Origin: Candidatus Obscuribacteraceae bacterium
GTDB lineage: Bacteria; Cyanobacteriota; Vampirovibrionia; Obscuribacterales; Obscuribacteraceae
Assembly: GCA_044229845.1 (NCBI GenBank)
Contig: JBGASG010000001.1
Location: 640,001 to 704,000, forward strand
DNA: 64,000 bases
Direction: 5' to 3'
In this document: positions 32,710-42,900 of the stretch, one piece after another
Layout of the letters: each line of letters starts with the position of its first letter
Numbering within the stretch: position 1 is the stretch's first letter
The notes under the pieces: generated by a model
The model's database searches: none
What the model saw: only the letters and a program-made list of their open reading frames with translations
What the model was told of the DNA's origin: nothing
Program-made: the position numbers and the translations under genes

Positions 32710-33036
32710 ATGACTGCTTATTACGACCAGCCTCTACGGAAGCTGTTGGGAACCCTGTCGCCTACAATTAACTGGCTCACGGCCGAAGGGTGTGTGGATG
32801 TAAGCCGCGTACCCGCCGAACATCTTGACGCTATCAAACAGCTCGAGCGCATTGGCGTTGTCCACAAGCGCAACAATCGTCTCTACGAACTCCAGAAAGT
32901 TCGTCTCAAAAAGCTCATGGACTCTATGGGTATGGAAAAGCTGGTACCGCTTGCTGCGGCCGCCGCAACCATCGAAACTCCGGTCGCCAGCCTGGAAAAA
33001 GCAACCGCACCGGCTGACCCAACCGCCATCAATTAG
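32710..33036 (+). CDS. Hypothetical protein
   Basis: Strong GGGGAGG SD and upstream TG-T-TAAAAT; 108 aa. Confidence 0.7.
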   Translation: MTAYYDQPLRKLLGTLSPTINWLTAEGCVDVSRVPAEHLDAIKQLERIGVVHKRNNRLYELQKVRLKKLMDSMGMEKLVPLAAAAATIETPVASLEKATAPADPTAIN

Positions 33037-33139
33037 TTAGAAGACGTAGACCAGCTCGTAAAGTATGTTCGCCTGGGCACCTGATGCTGATGACGCATCA
33101 GACGCCTGTAGTCGGCGGCCAGAACAACACGAGTGGTAT

Positions 33140-35572
33140 ATGAACGTGTCTTTGTCCATCTCCATAGCTAGCCGCACCAGCAAATCTCTTGAGTGGGATC
33201 GCCTGAAAGCGTTTCTCATTCGAGAGGCTAACAGTGTTCCCAGCAAAGAACTCTGCGAACAACTGCAACTTCACGATCAGTTGGAAGTGGTCGACATCTT
33301 GCAGGCAGAAACGGCTGAAGCATTGGCCATGCTGTCGGGTGGTTTCAGTGTCGCGCAAATCGGCTTGCCCGATCTGCGCGACATCATCGCGCGTCTTGGC
33401 GCCGGTGGACAGATGTCACCGGCGGAACTGTTCGACATCGGCAAGACGCTCACACTCTCTCGCCAGACCAAAATCACCCTAAATGGCCTTTCGAAAGAAG
33501 ACTTTCCGCAGCTCACATCATACTTGCCGCGCGTGCATGTGCTCGATGAGTTGATGCAGTCCATTGCCGATGTGATTGCCGAAGACGGCACCATCCGCGA
33601 TGACGCCAGCGCCGCTCTCCACAAACTGCGCAAAGACGTGGTGCGGCTGACCAATCAAATCAAAGATGAACTGACCAAAGTCATCAATTCATCCACGCTG
33701 TCCAAGGCGCTTCAAGAGCCTATTTACACCCAGAGAAACGGGCGCTGGGTGTTGCCAGTCAATGCCAGCATGCGTCAGACCATTGGCGGCCTCGTACACG
33801 ACAGCTCCGCTTCCGGTTTGACTGTCTACGTCGAACCGTTTGCTGTGGTGGAGATCACCAACAAGATTCGTCTGCGTGAAGCTGAAATCGAGCGTGAAAT
33901 AGACCGGCTGCTGAGCGCGTTGACTTTGCAAACGCAACAAAAACTAGATCCGATTGCGCAGTCTTTCCAGACGCTCGTGGAGCTTGATTTTATTGGCGCC
34001 AGAGCATCATTGGCTCGCAAATACAGGGGAACGCGTCCGGAGCTGTCCAGCCAGCCAGTATTGAACTTGAAGGCGGCCCGTCATCCCTTGCTGATTCTTC
34101 AGGATCTCAATCGCGCATCGCAGGTAGTGCCCAACGACGTAGCGTTAGGCGGTTCCGTTCGGACTCTGGTAATCACAGGACCCAACACCGGCGGCAAGAC
34201 TGTTTACTTGAAGACGGCTGGTCTGCTTGCGTTGATGGTTCGAGGTGGTTTGCTGTTGCCGGCTGATGCAGGTTCGACAGCCGGAATCTTCAGTCAGGTT
34301 TTTGCAGATATCGGGGACGAGCAGTCACTTGAACAAAGTCTTTCTACCTTCTCCTCGCATATGACCAACATCGTCGAGGTGATCAACCGCGCCGGCCCAT
34401 CCACGTTGGTCCTTTTGGACGAAGTCGGAGCCGGCACCGATCCCCGTGAGGGATCGACGCTGGCTCGCGTGATTCTCGACCACCTTAACGAATGTGGGGC
34501 GGCAACTATTGCCACCACTCACTACGGAGAATTGAAGAGCCTTGCCTATACGGCCCCTGGTTTTATGAACGCCAGTCTGGATTTTGACGACAAGACTCTC
34601 TCACCGACCTATCGTCTGCGTCTGGGTGTGCCGGGCAGCTCGAAAGCGATGACGATCGCATCGCGCCTCGGACTCAAACAAGACCTGGTCGAACGGGCCA
34701 ATGAAATGTTGTCCTCTGAGGAAGACGACGTTGCCGAAGTGATCGGGCAATTGCAAGCCAGACTACAGGCCTTGAGTGTCGAAGAAGAGGATCTGGCTCG
34801 GCGCATCGCCGAGTCGCGTGAAATGGAAGCGAAGGCTTTGCGCGATCTGGAAGAGATTACTCAGGAAAAAGAAAAGAGCCGTCTGCGTTTTGCCAGTCAG
34901 TTAGAGACCGACTACAAGCAAGCGCGAGACCAGCTGCGGGCTTTAATTGCGGAGTTGCAGAAAAATCCCGACATGGCGCGCGCGCAGAAAGCGCGTACCG
35001 ACATAGAAAAGATTCGCAACGACTTGGGTTGGAAATCCGAGAGCGATTTGTCTTCTCTGTCCGAAGTGAAGGTCGGGCAGAGAGTGTCCATCAAATCCTT
35101 GAATCAGCGTGGCGTCGTTGAGGCGGTGCTGGAAGACGGCGGCAAAGAGCTGGTGGTGGCAGTGCGCGCCGGTAACCTGCGCATCAAAGTATCTCTGTCA
35201 GATCTGATTCTTGATTCAAATCAAGCATCTGCCGCTCCTTCTAAAAAGCATGCACAACTGCCGCCCAAAGGCAGGCAGAAAAAGACCGATCTGGCTCGCG
35301 AAGAGCGCGCTGTGGAGGTGTTTGTTCGCACAGCCGGCAATACTCTCGATCTGCGCGGGCAGCGCGTCGATGAAGCTATGGGTAAGCTGGAGCGCTTTGT
35401 CGATTCGAATTTTGCATCGCACACTTCACCTTTGATGATCATTCACGGACATGGAACCGGCGCAATCAAATCGGCTGTGCGAGCCTTTCTTAGCCGCGGA
35501 GATTATCGTTTGCAGTTTCGTCCCGGTGAGCTTTATGAGGGCGGCGACGGCGTGACTGTCGTGACATTCTGA
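33140..35572 (+). CDS. mutS2: Endonuclease MutS2
   Basis: GLVHDSSASGLTVYVEP, ITGPNTGGKT, ADIGDEQSLEQSLSTFSSHM, LLDEVGAGTDPREG, Smr domain LDLRG...IIHGHGTG; exact start uncertain. Confidence 0.96.
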   Translation: MNVSLSISIASRTSKSLEWDRLKAFLIREANSVPSKELCEQLQLHDQLEVVDILQAETAEALAMLSGGFSVAQIGLPDLRDIIARLGAGGQMSPAELFDIGKTLTLSRQTKITLNGLSKEDFPQLTSYLPRVHVLDELMQSIADVIAEDGTIRDDASAALHKLRKDVVRLTNQIKDELTKVINSSTLSKALQEPIYTQRNGRWVLPVNASMRQTIGGLVHDSSASGLTVYVEPFAVVEITNKIRLREAEIEREIDRLLSALTLQTQQKLDPIAQSFQTLVELDFIGARASLARKYRGTRPELSSQPVLNLKAARHPLLILQDLNRASQVVPNDVALGGSVRTLVITGPNTGGKTVYLKTAGLLALMVRGGLLLPADAGSTAGIFSQVFADIGDEQSLEQSLSTFSSHMTNIVEVINRAGPSTLVLLDEVGAGTDPREGSTLARVILDHLNECGAATIATTHYGELKSLAYTAPGFMNASLDFDDKTLSPTYRLRLGVPGSSKAMTIASRLGLKQDLVERANEMLSSEEDDVAEVIGQLQARLQALSVEEEDLARRIAESREMEAKALRDLEEITQEKEKSRLRFASQLETDYKQARDQLRALIAELQKNPDMARAQKARTDIEKIRNDLGWKSESDLSSLSEVKVGQRVSIKSLNQRGVVEAVLEDGGKELVVAVRAGNLRIKVSLSDLILDSNQASAAPSKKHAQLPPKGRQKKTDLAREERAVEVFVRTAGNTLDLRGQRVDEAMGKLERFVDSNFASHTSPLMIIHGHGTGAIKSAVRAFLSRGDYRLQFRPGELYEGGDGVTVVTF

Positions 35573-35726
35573 ACTGCCTTTTTTTTGACCAGGGTGCGCG
35601 GCAAGGCTCGTCCTTCAGGGCGAGGAAGAAGTAGAAAATGCCAATCAGGCTGTCCTTTCGATGCTGTCAGCCGGAATGAACAACGCCATTCTCACCGCCA
35701 CTGTCGTGTAGATGGCAGAGTCAGCC

Positions 35727-38700
35727 TTAACGTCCTGCTTGTTGCTTCAAGGCATCTTGTCCGCGGCGCATTTGAATTTCGATGGCGGCCTTGGCCTGGG
35801 CTTGTGCCTCAGACATCTTCGGATTGAGGCGGCGATAGGCGTCGGCCAGTTTTTGTGGATCCTGGGCAGCTGCTTGCGCCGCCAGCAGGTCCTGCGAGAT
35901 CGAAAATTCGGTGCCGGCTTTGATCACCTCAGATGCAGTGGTGCGACTGAAGGAATAGACGGCGGCAGCTTCCTGGCTGGACAGTATCGGGTTGAGTCCG
36001 GAGATCCTCGAGAGACCGATACGCGGACCGGCTGTCAGAGCTGGTGCCACCAGTCCGGAGACCACTGCGGATTGAGCGCCTGACGTGAATACTTTTTTGG
36101 TACCGTCTACGATACCATCGACTTTGGTTTCGCCGTCGGCAATCTTCAACGTTTCATGACCGGCGCCTACCGCAAATGCCGTTTGCACTGTGCGATAGTA
36201 CTGCATGGCTTGCAGGTTGTGTCGAATGGCGAGGATCTGCGCGGCATCGGCGGCCGCTATGTTGGCTTCCGTTACCAGTGGGTTGGTGCCCAGGAAATTG
36301 GAACGGGTAGCCAGAGCTGCGGCAGTTTCTTTGACTGTATTTTGTGCTTGCACTTTCCATGGGGCCGGCGTGGTCAGCGCTGCTTCGCCGCCGAGGGCCG
36401 CGATGCGTGCCTCCGTCGCCTTGGCTAGAGTGGCATGACTCCATTCGCCGAGCAAGCTCTTGTAAGCGGCGTGTCCGCCCAGTCCGACTCCGCCGCCGCG
36501 CGCCCAGGCGCCCGGATCTTTGAACGGTCCGTCCAGTTTTTCGTCTTCTAAGTAGTCGCTGACGCCGGCTGCCATCAGAGCAGCGGCGGCGATCTTCAAA
36601 GGCGCCGGCAATGCTTTGCCACCATACTTGAGCAGACCAAGTCCGTAGTGAGTGGCACCATATGCCGCGAGCGAACCGCCGTCGCGCAATAGCCCGTTGC
36701 CGGCCGCTTGTCCCGGCGCAGCTGCTGCTGCAACGCGCAAATGTGTCGTCGCCGGATCCAGTGCCAGGCTGTCGGCTAATTGTACGGTTGCCGCACTTTG
36801 TGCTTCCAGGCGTCCGGAGAAGACCCGGCCGTCGGTGAAGCCAGCCAATCCACGAGCTGCCAGTCCGTTGCCGACCACATAATTGCCGGCAAAACCCAGC
36901 GCCGGTAGCGGCGCCGAAGCGGTGTGCACTTGCGCGTCGGCTGCGGTCACTATTTTGTCTGCCATGCCGGCGTCGGCTGCCGAAGTCAGGTATTGAGCGG
37001 CCCCAGGATCTTGTGCGGAAGCAGAGATCAACTCTAAAGCTTTCTGATGATCCTGGGCTTTGGGCGACAGTACCAGGACACGAGCCTGATAGCCTTGCAC
37101 GATCGCGGCCGCGTGAGAGAGTTGGTCGAGATTTTTGGTGGCGGTCATGAACATGTCTACGAGACCGGCATTGCGCGCTCTTACAATGCGCTCTTGTTCG
37201 GTCTGCGTGCTTGGACCTTCTTTGCCTGCAAGGAAGTCTTGCTTGGCTTTGCGGGCAGCCATCAGGGCAGTCACCGTCGGGTCATTTGGAACGCGGGTTT
37301 CGGCTTGTGCATTGAGCGCCTGCAGCTCTTTCTGATACTGCTGGTTGCGTTCGACCTTGGGGACGTACTTGTCGTTCAGTTGCTTCAGATATGTATTGCG
37401 TTGCGCGCTGTTGGGCTGAGTGATGCTGACGACGGTTTGCAATTCACGCTGAAACTCGGGATCGGCTTTCAGATATTTGGCCTGCAACTGATCCTTGTCG
37501 CTTTGTGTTTGTCTTTCCCAGTTGGTCATGGCTTCTTTGCCAGCCGGTGTCAGGGCGGCTTCTGCTTTGGCGACCTCGGCGTTGAGCGCAGTCAGTCGCT
37601 GCGTGATGGCAGGCTGATCGGCTTTGGGCACCATTGCATCGAGACGCAGTTGATGTATCTGTCTTTGGGCATCCACAGCTTCAGCCAGTTTGTCGGGAGG
37701 AAACTTGCTGAGGATGCCGTTTGCCTGTCCAAAGAAGGCGCGCACTTGTGGTGGCACGTCTTTCAGCGGTCCTTGCTTTTGCAGGGCTTGCACTTCGGCA
37801 AAGGCATTGGCACTGCCTTGCATAGCCTTCTCAAGGTCGCTCAGTCCCTGCACCTTGGCCGCCAGTTGCGGCGGAATCTCAACCTTCACTTCGGGCGCGG
37901 TGGTCGGCACGTCGGTGCGTCGCTCGGTACCGGTGTCGGTGCCTGGATTGGGCACGATCGGTGGTTTGTCCTTGTCTGTACCTGTTACAGGAGGCGCTGC
38001 CTGTGCTCGTTCAAGTTCGGCAATTTTTCTCCTGGTCGCTTCGATCGCCTGTTGTTTCTCATAAAACATTCGAGTGGCGGGCGAGTTTTTGATTTGCTCC
38101 TGCACTGCGCCAATCTGTACTTTGGTGTTGAGCATCTGCCCGAATGCCGAGTTGATCTCAGCGAACTTCGGATGCGACTTGATCAGCTGAGCTGTCGCTG
38201 TCAGGTTAGGATCTCTGGTGGAGAGCAAGTTGCGATAATCCTGCACTGTCTGGCAGTTGTCCCACATATATCCAAGGGCGCGCTGCTGATCGGGAGTGCC
38301 GGCTCTTCCCAGGTTGGTGATCTGATCGGCGAGAGCTTTTTTCTGGTTTTCCAGTCGCTGCAAGTCGAGTGAGTACTTATTGAGCGGATTGCGCGGATCG
38401 CGTCTCGCTGCTTCCATCTGCAAGGAGACATCTTTTTCTTGTTGCGTCAGCTGCGCTTTCAGCCTGGCCAGTTCAGTCGCCGGTGCCGGAGCAGGCGGAT
38501 CGACCTTGCCGCCGCCGGGAGGCAAGATGGGATTAGGGACGTCTCTGGGAGGCAGGAAAGGACCAGGCCGTGGACCGATGACTCGGCCGTCGCGAGGCGG
38601 TGGCACCACGTCGGTGCGTGGCGGCACGACCGGATTGGTTCCATCTATATAAGGAGTGGCGTTTATCGCGCGCACGATGGCATCACGATGTTTCAAGAAA

Positions 38701-39410
38701 TTTGGATCGGCTGCTACACGCGGCGGATCGCCGAGCATCCAGGGGTCGTGAGCGGCAGCCACCTGCAGCATCTTGTTGCCCTGCTCGGTCTGCTGATCCC
38801 GCTGCTCTCTCGGCAGGTACACGGAAGTGCGAATCAGAGCCAATCCGAAGTTGGCATTGGCATAGCCGTTGGCGCGCAAAACGTCGCCGAGCATGGCGTA
38901 TTCCTGAGATAGCCTCTGGTATTCGGCTGGATTGCGCGTGCGCGTGGCCGTCATTTCTTGCTGTAGCCGCTGCCGTTCTTGTTCGGTTGCTCTATAAAAC
39001 TGATTGGGCGTCATGCGGCCGTTGGCGTCGGTGTCATAGAGCATCGTCGATGCTTGTTTGATGGCCTGGAAGTAAGCCTGCTTTGCTTGATCGAAGGTCT
39101 GATCGTATTCGCGCGTGCCTGGCCCATAGCCTTGTTTCGCCATCGCATGCAAAGCTTTCATCTGATCTCTGCCGTTTTCCAGTGACGAGATCACACCGGA
39201 GAGCCGCTGCTGTGCATGTCGGCGGAACTCCACTCTCTCTGGCTGCTCGTACTGACCTGATGTGCGTCGAACGGCGTCCTCTGCGGAGCCGGGAGTGCGG
39301 TAGCGATCGAGCCGATCGCGCGTCGCGGTCGTGGCTTGATCGTCGCCGTACGAAACTTCGTCGACGCGCTGAGGCTCGCGAGCCTCTCGCTGCGTTTTAT
39401 CCATATTCAT
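35727..39410 (-). CDS. Giant hypothetical protein A1 (1227 aa), helical, Gly/Ala-rich hydrophobic C-terminus; paralog of 39953-44872
   Basis: Long ORF with AAGGA-free but plausible ATG; shares LRANGYA.ANFGLAL.R.SVYLP, LYDTDA.GR.TPN.FY, DPNF.KHRDAI and K.DGP..DPG with A2; no signal peptide. Confidence 0.85.
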   Translation of the reverse strand: MNMDKTQREAREPQRVDEVSYGDDQATTATRDRLDRYRTPGSAEDAVRRTSGQYEQPERVEFRRHAQQRLSGVISSLENGRDQMKALHAMAKQGYGPGTREYDQTFDQAKQAYFQAIKQASTMLYDTDANGRMTPNQFYRATEQERQRLQQEMTATRTRNPAEYQRLSQEYAMLGDVLRANGYANANFGLALIRTSVYLPREQRDQQTEQGNKMLQVAAAHDPWMLGDPPRVAADPNFLKHRDAIVRAINATPYIDGTNPVVPPRTDVVPPPRDGRVIGPRPGPFLPPRDVPNPILPPGGGKVDPPAPAPATELARLKAQLTQQEKDVSLQMEAARRDPRNPLNKYSLDLQRLENQKKALADQITNLGRAGTPDQQRALGYMWDNCQTVQDYRNLLSTRDPNLTATAQLIKSHPKFAEINSAFGQMLNTKVQIGAVQEQIKNSPATRMFYEKQQAIEATRRKIAELERAQAAPPVTGTDKDKPPIVPNPGTDTGTERRTDVPTTAPEVKVEIPPQLAAKVQGLSDLEKAMQGSANAFAEVQALQKQGPLKDVPPQVRAFFGQANGILSKFPPDKLAEAVDAQRQIHQLRLDAMVPKADQPAITQRLTALNAEVAKAEAALTPAGKEAMTNWERQTQSDKDQLQAKYLKADPEFQRELQTVVSITQPNSAQRNTYLKQLNDKYVPKVERNQQYQKELQALNAQAETRVPNDPTVTALMAARKAKQDFLAGKEGPSTQTEQERIVRARNAGLVDMFMTATKNLDQLSHAAAIVQGYQARVLVLSPKAQDHQKALELISASAQDPGAAQYLTSAADAGMADKIVTAADAQVHTASAPLPALGFAGNYVVGNGLAARGLAGFTDGRVFSGRLEAQSAATVQLADSLALDPATTHLRVAAAAAPGQAAGNGLLRDGGSLAAYGATHYGLGLLKYGGKALPAPLKIAAAALMAAGVSDYLEDEKLDGPFKDPGAWARGGGVGLGGHAAYKSLLGEWSHATLAKATEARIAALGGEAALTTPAPWKVQAQNTVKETAAALATRSNFLGTNPLVTEANIAAADAAQILAIRHNLQAMQYYRTVQTAFAVGAGHETLKIADGETKVDGIVDGTKKVFTSGAQSAVVSGLVAPALTAGPRIGLSRISGLNPILSSQEAAAVYSFSRTTASEVIKAGTEFSISQDLLAAQAAAQDPQKLADAYRRLNPKMSEAQAQAKAAIEIQMRRGQDALKQQAGR

Positions 39411-39952
39411 GACCCTAAGGAAAAAGTGCCCTAATCTTTCAGTGATCTGATGTCAAGAAATGCCATCCGCCTGGCGATCATCCAAACACCGTCCTGCCTG
39501 CTGACGATTGTTGATTTGAATTGTGGAATTTGCGTGGCAATGCGATGGGAGAAATACCCCTGGCCCGGCTTTCAGGATTTAATCCGGGTGACTTCCAGCG
39601 CTGGAACGCCTCATGCCATGGGCTCGCGCAGCCTTCAAAGCGATTGAATTTCTTGCGATCCGGGCATTAATTTCTGGGGCTGAAGCCATTTTTTGCTGCA
39701 GTTAGTCGACTGGAACACGTATTTCTCCCACGAAAATTTCAAATTTCTCTGGCAGATTGTGTCCAAAATCGACCCAGTGCCGATACACCCGGTAGAAACA
39801 GCCGCAAAATCTGCTTTGAAACTGCGCTCTCGTTGATTAAAATTTGCCCGGCCCATGGGCGATCTACGTAATTTCCACACAGACGAGCACGGTCCTCATA
39901 GCTAAGCTAACAGAGCGGGAAAAGGGACACACGGAGAGGAAAGCAACAGACC

Positions 39953-42900
39953 ATGAGTGATAATCCCGAACAAGGCAAGGCAAAACCAGGTCAGGGTACG
40001 GAAGTTGAACGTACTTCCGGGACTACTGGCGATGGCGCCACCACCGACCCGCTGGATCAATATCGCTATACCGGCTCGCCTGAAGAGGTGGGACGCACAG
40101 GTGGTGCCGACGCCGCGGAGCGTCAGCAGTTTCGTCGCGAAGCGCACGACAAACTGAACCCGATCATCACCTCTCTGGAATCAGGCCGCAACAACATGCA
40201 GGCCCTGCACGAACTGGCCGCCGCCGGTCAGGGACCCGGCACCAAAGCTTACGATGACGCATTCAAGGCCGCCAAAGGCGCCTACTTCCAGGCGATCGAT
40301 CAAGCCTCGAAGATGCTTTATGACACCGATGCCGAAGGTCGTCTTACTCCCAACAAGTTTTACAAGGACGTAGAAGCCGAGCGCGTTCGCTTGCAAGCCG
40401 ACATGGCTGCTGCGAAAGACAAGAACCCGGCAGAATACCAGCGTCTGGCACAAGAAAACGCCATGCTCGGTGATGTCCTGCGCGCCAATGGGTATGCGCA
40501 TGCCAACTTCGGTCTGGCACTCGTGCGCAGCTCCGTGTACCTGCCGAAGGCAGAGCGCGACAAACAGATGGAACAGGGCAACCAGATGTTGATGCTGGCT
40601 TCCCGCTACGACAAATACATGATGGGCGATCCGCCGAACGTTCCGCCGGATCCCAACTTCATGAAACACCGCGATGCGATCATGAAGGTCGTCAACGAGA
40701 CCCCCTATAAGGATGGGGGCACCAGACCGGGCGGCGACACACCGCCACCAACTGCGACCGTTCCCGATCGTATTCAGTCGACCAATCAACAAGCCAATAC
40801 AGTGGATATCTTCACCAAGAATCCCGATGGCAGCTATACGCACACGCAATTCAAGCCGTTGCCGGCCGGACAGCAAGGTCCGCCCACACCAACGCTCAAC
40901 GAGAAAGTGACAGACGTCAAAGCCAATGCTGACGGTACCTTCTCTTATAAGAATCCGAAGGGCGAAGTGGTGTCGATGAAACCAGACCAGCCGCTCACTC
41001 CGGCACCGGGACCCGGCACGCAAACCACAGGCGAACTGCCTCAGGGTTACAAACTGCGCACCGCCGGTTCGCAATCATTTATAGACGGTCAAGACATCAG
41101 CGTTCCCACCGGCAAAACGGTGCTGAAGCTGGATGGACAGACTGCCGATCCCAACGATCCGTTGGCGATCGCCCAGACTGGTGATCTTGATAAAGCCATT
41201 GCGGCAGCCGATGCACTGGACAAAGTGCCGCTGATCACGCAAATCACAGCGTTGAAAGGACAACTCGGTCCTCTGCAAGCCTCGCTCAAGCAAGCGATGG
41301 ATGCCGCCAAAGCCGATCCGAAGAATCCACTCAACAAGTATGTCAACGACTCCGAGCGCATCAACGGCGAACAAACCGCGTTGCGCACCAAGATGGCCGA
41401 CCTGGTCAAATCAGGTTTGCCGACGGACGGCACGGCACCCACGCAACAACAGCAACAACAGCAACAAGCGCTGGCCTGGATGTGGGCGAACGTCAATACG
41501 ACTGCCGACCTGCAAAAGTTCTTGACCGCCACCACGCCTCCTGAACTGAAGGCGATGGCTGATGCAGCCAAGAGCCATGCGAAGTGGGCCGAGATCAACT
41601 CCAGCTTCGGTCAGTTCCTCAACAACAAGACCGCTCTTGGCGCTCTCGAAGACGGATTGAAGAACAATCCCGCCACCAAGGACTTCTACGACAAGAAGAT
41701 GCAGTTGATTCAGGGAACGCAACAGCTCAACTACCTGACACAACTCTACATCTCGCCGATCACACTGCGTGAAGCCAGAGTCGATCAATTGACTGCGGAT
41801 CCGGAAGTGCAAGCGCTGATCAAGGCGCAAGACAAAGCCAACTTCCCGCAGAAAGACGATCCGGAAGTGAAAGCGATTCGCCAGCGTGTCAACGAACTGA
41901 TCAACATGCAAGCGAAGCCCGAGCAGGGATTGCTCGATCTGCAAAAAGCTCTCGGCGATGCCAGTACATCGACCGTGCCACCGCAAACCGACAACACCGG
42001 CGGCGCTCAACCAGACCGCCTCGTCAGCACCTCGGCGGACAAGACTACCCAGGATGTCTTCACCAAGAATCCCGATGGCACATACACGCACCAACAACTG
42101 AAGCTGCTTCCGGCCGGACAACAGGGAGCACCACAAGTGCTTGGTACCGAAAAGGTCACCGAAGTCAAAGTCAATCCGGATGGAACCTTCAGCTTCAAGC
42201 GTCCAAGCGGCGAAGTCGGCACACTGAAGTCCGATGCACCGGCGACCGTGCCACCGACCACGACACCGGACATCGATCCGGCAACCGGCAAACCGCGCGA
42301 AGTAAATCGTACCGGTGACGTCACCAACTTGCCACCAGATGTGGCGGCAAAGATCAAAGATCTGCCGAACGTCGAAAAAGCGTTCAGCGGCGCTGCAATT
42401 GCATTCTCCGAAGTGGCGGCTCTCCAGAGATTTGCCACCGAAGTAAAACTGCTGCGTGAATTCGATGCCAAAGTGAAAGCGATGCCCGAAGCGGATCGCA
42501 CACCAGAGAACATCGCCAAGCTGCAACGCGAAGTGATGAAGCAAGACGAATTCATGTCGGTCATGTATGGACCGGATGCCGGGCCGCAAGGCAACCCGCC
42601 CGGACGCCCCGACCTGTATAAACAGATCGATCAGGCGATTGCCGAATCGCAACAACGCAACTTCAGCACCAGCCCATATCTGGCGCAGAAGTACGTGCAA
42701 GCACCGGATCCGAATGATGCCAGCAAGACTGTCAACCCGAGACCCAACCTGGCTAACGAAGTCAAACTCGATCCGACAGGCAAGTATCTGGCTGAAATCC
42801 CGGCCGATGTGCGCAAGTTCTTCGACGAAGCCAACAAAGTGCTCGCCGACAACAAGGACATTCCGGGATCGGTGGCAGCACAACGCGCTGTGTACAAACA

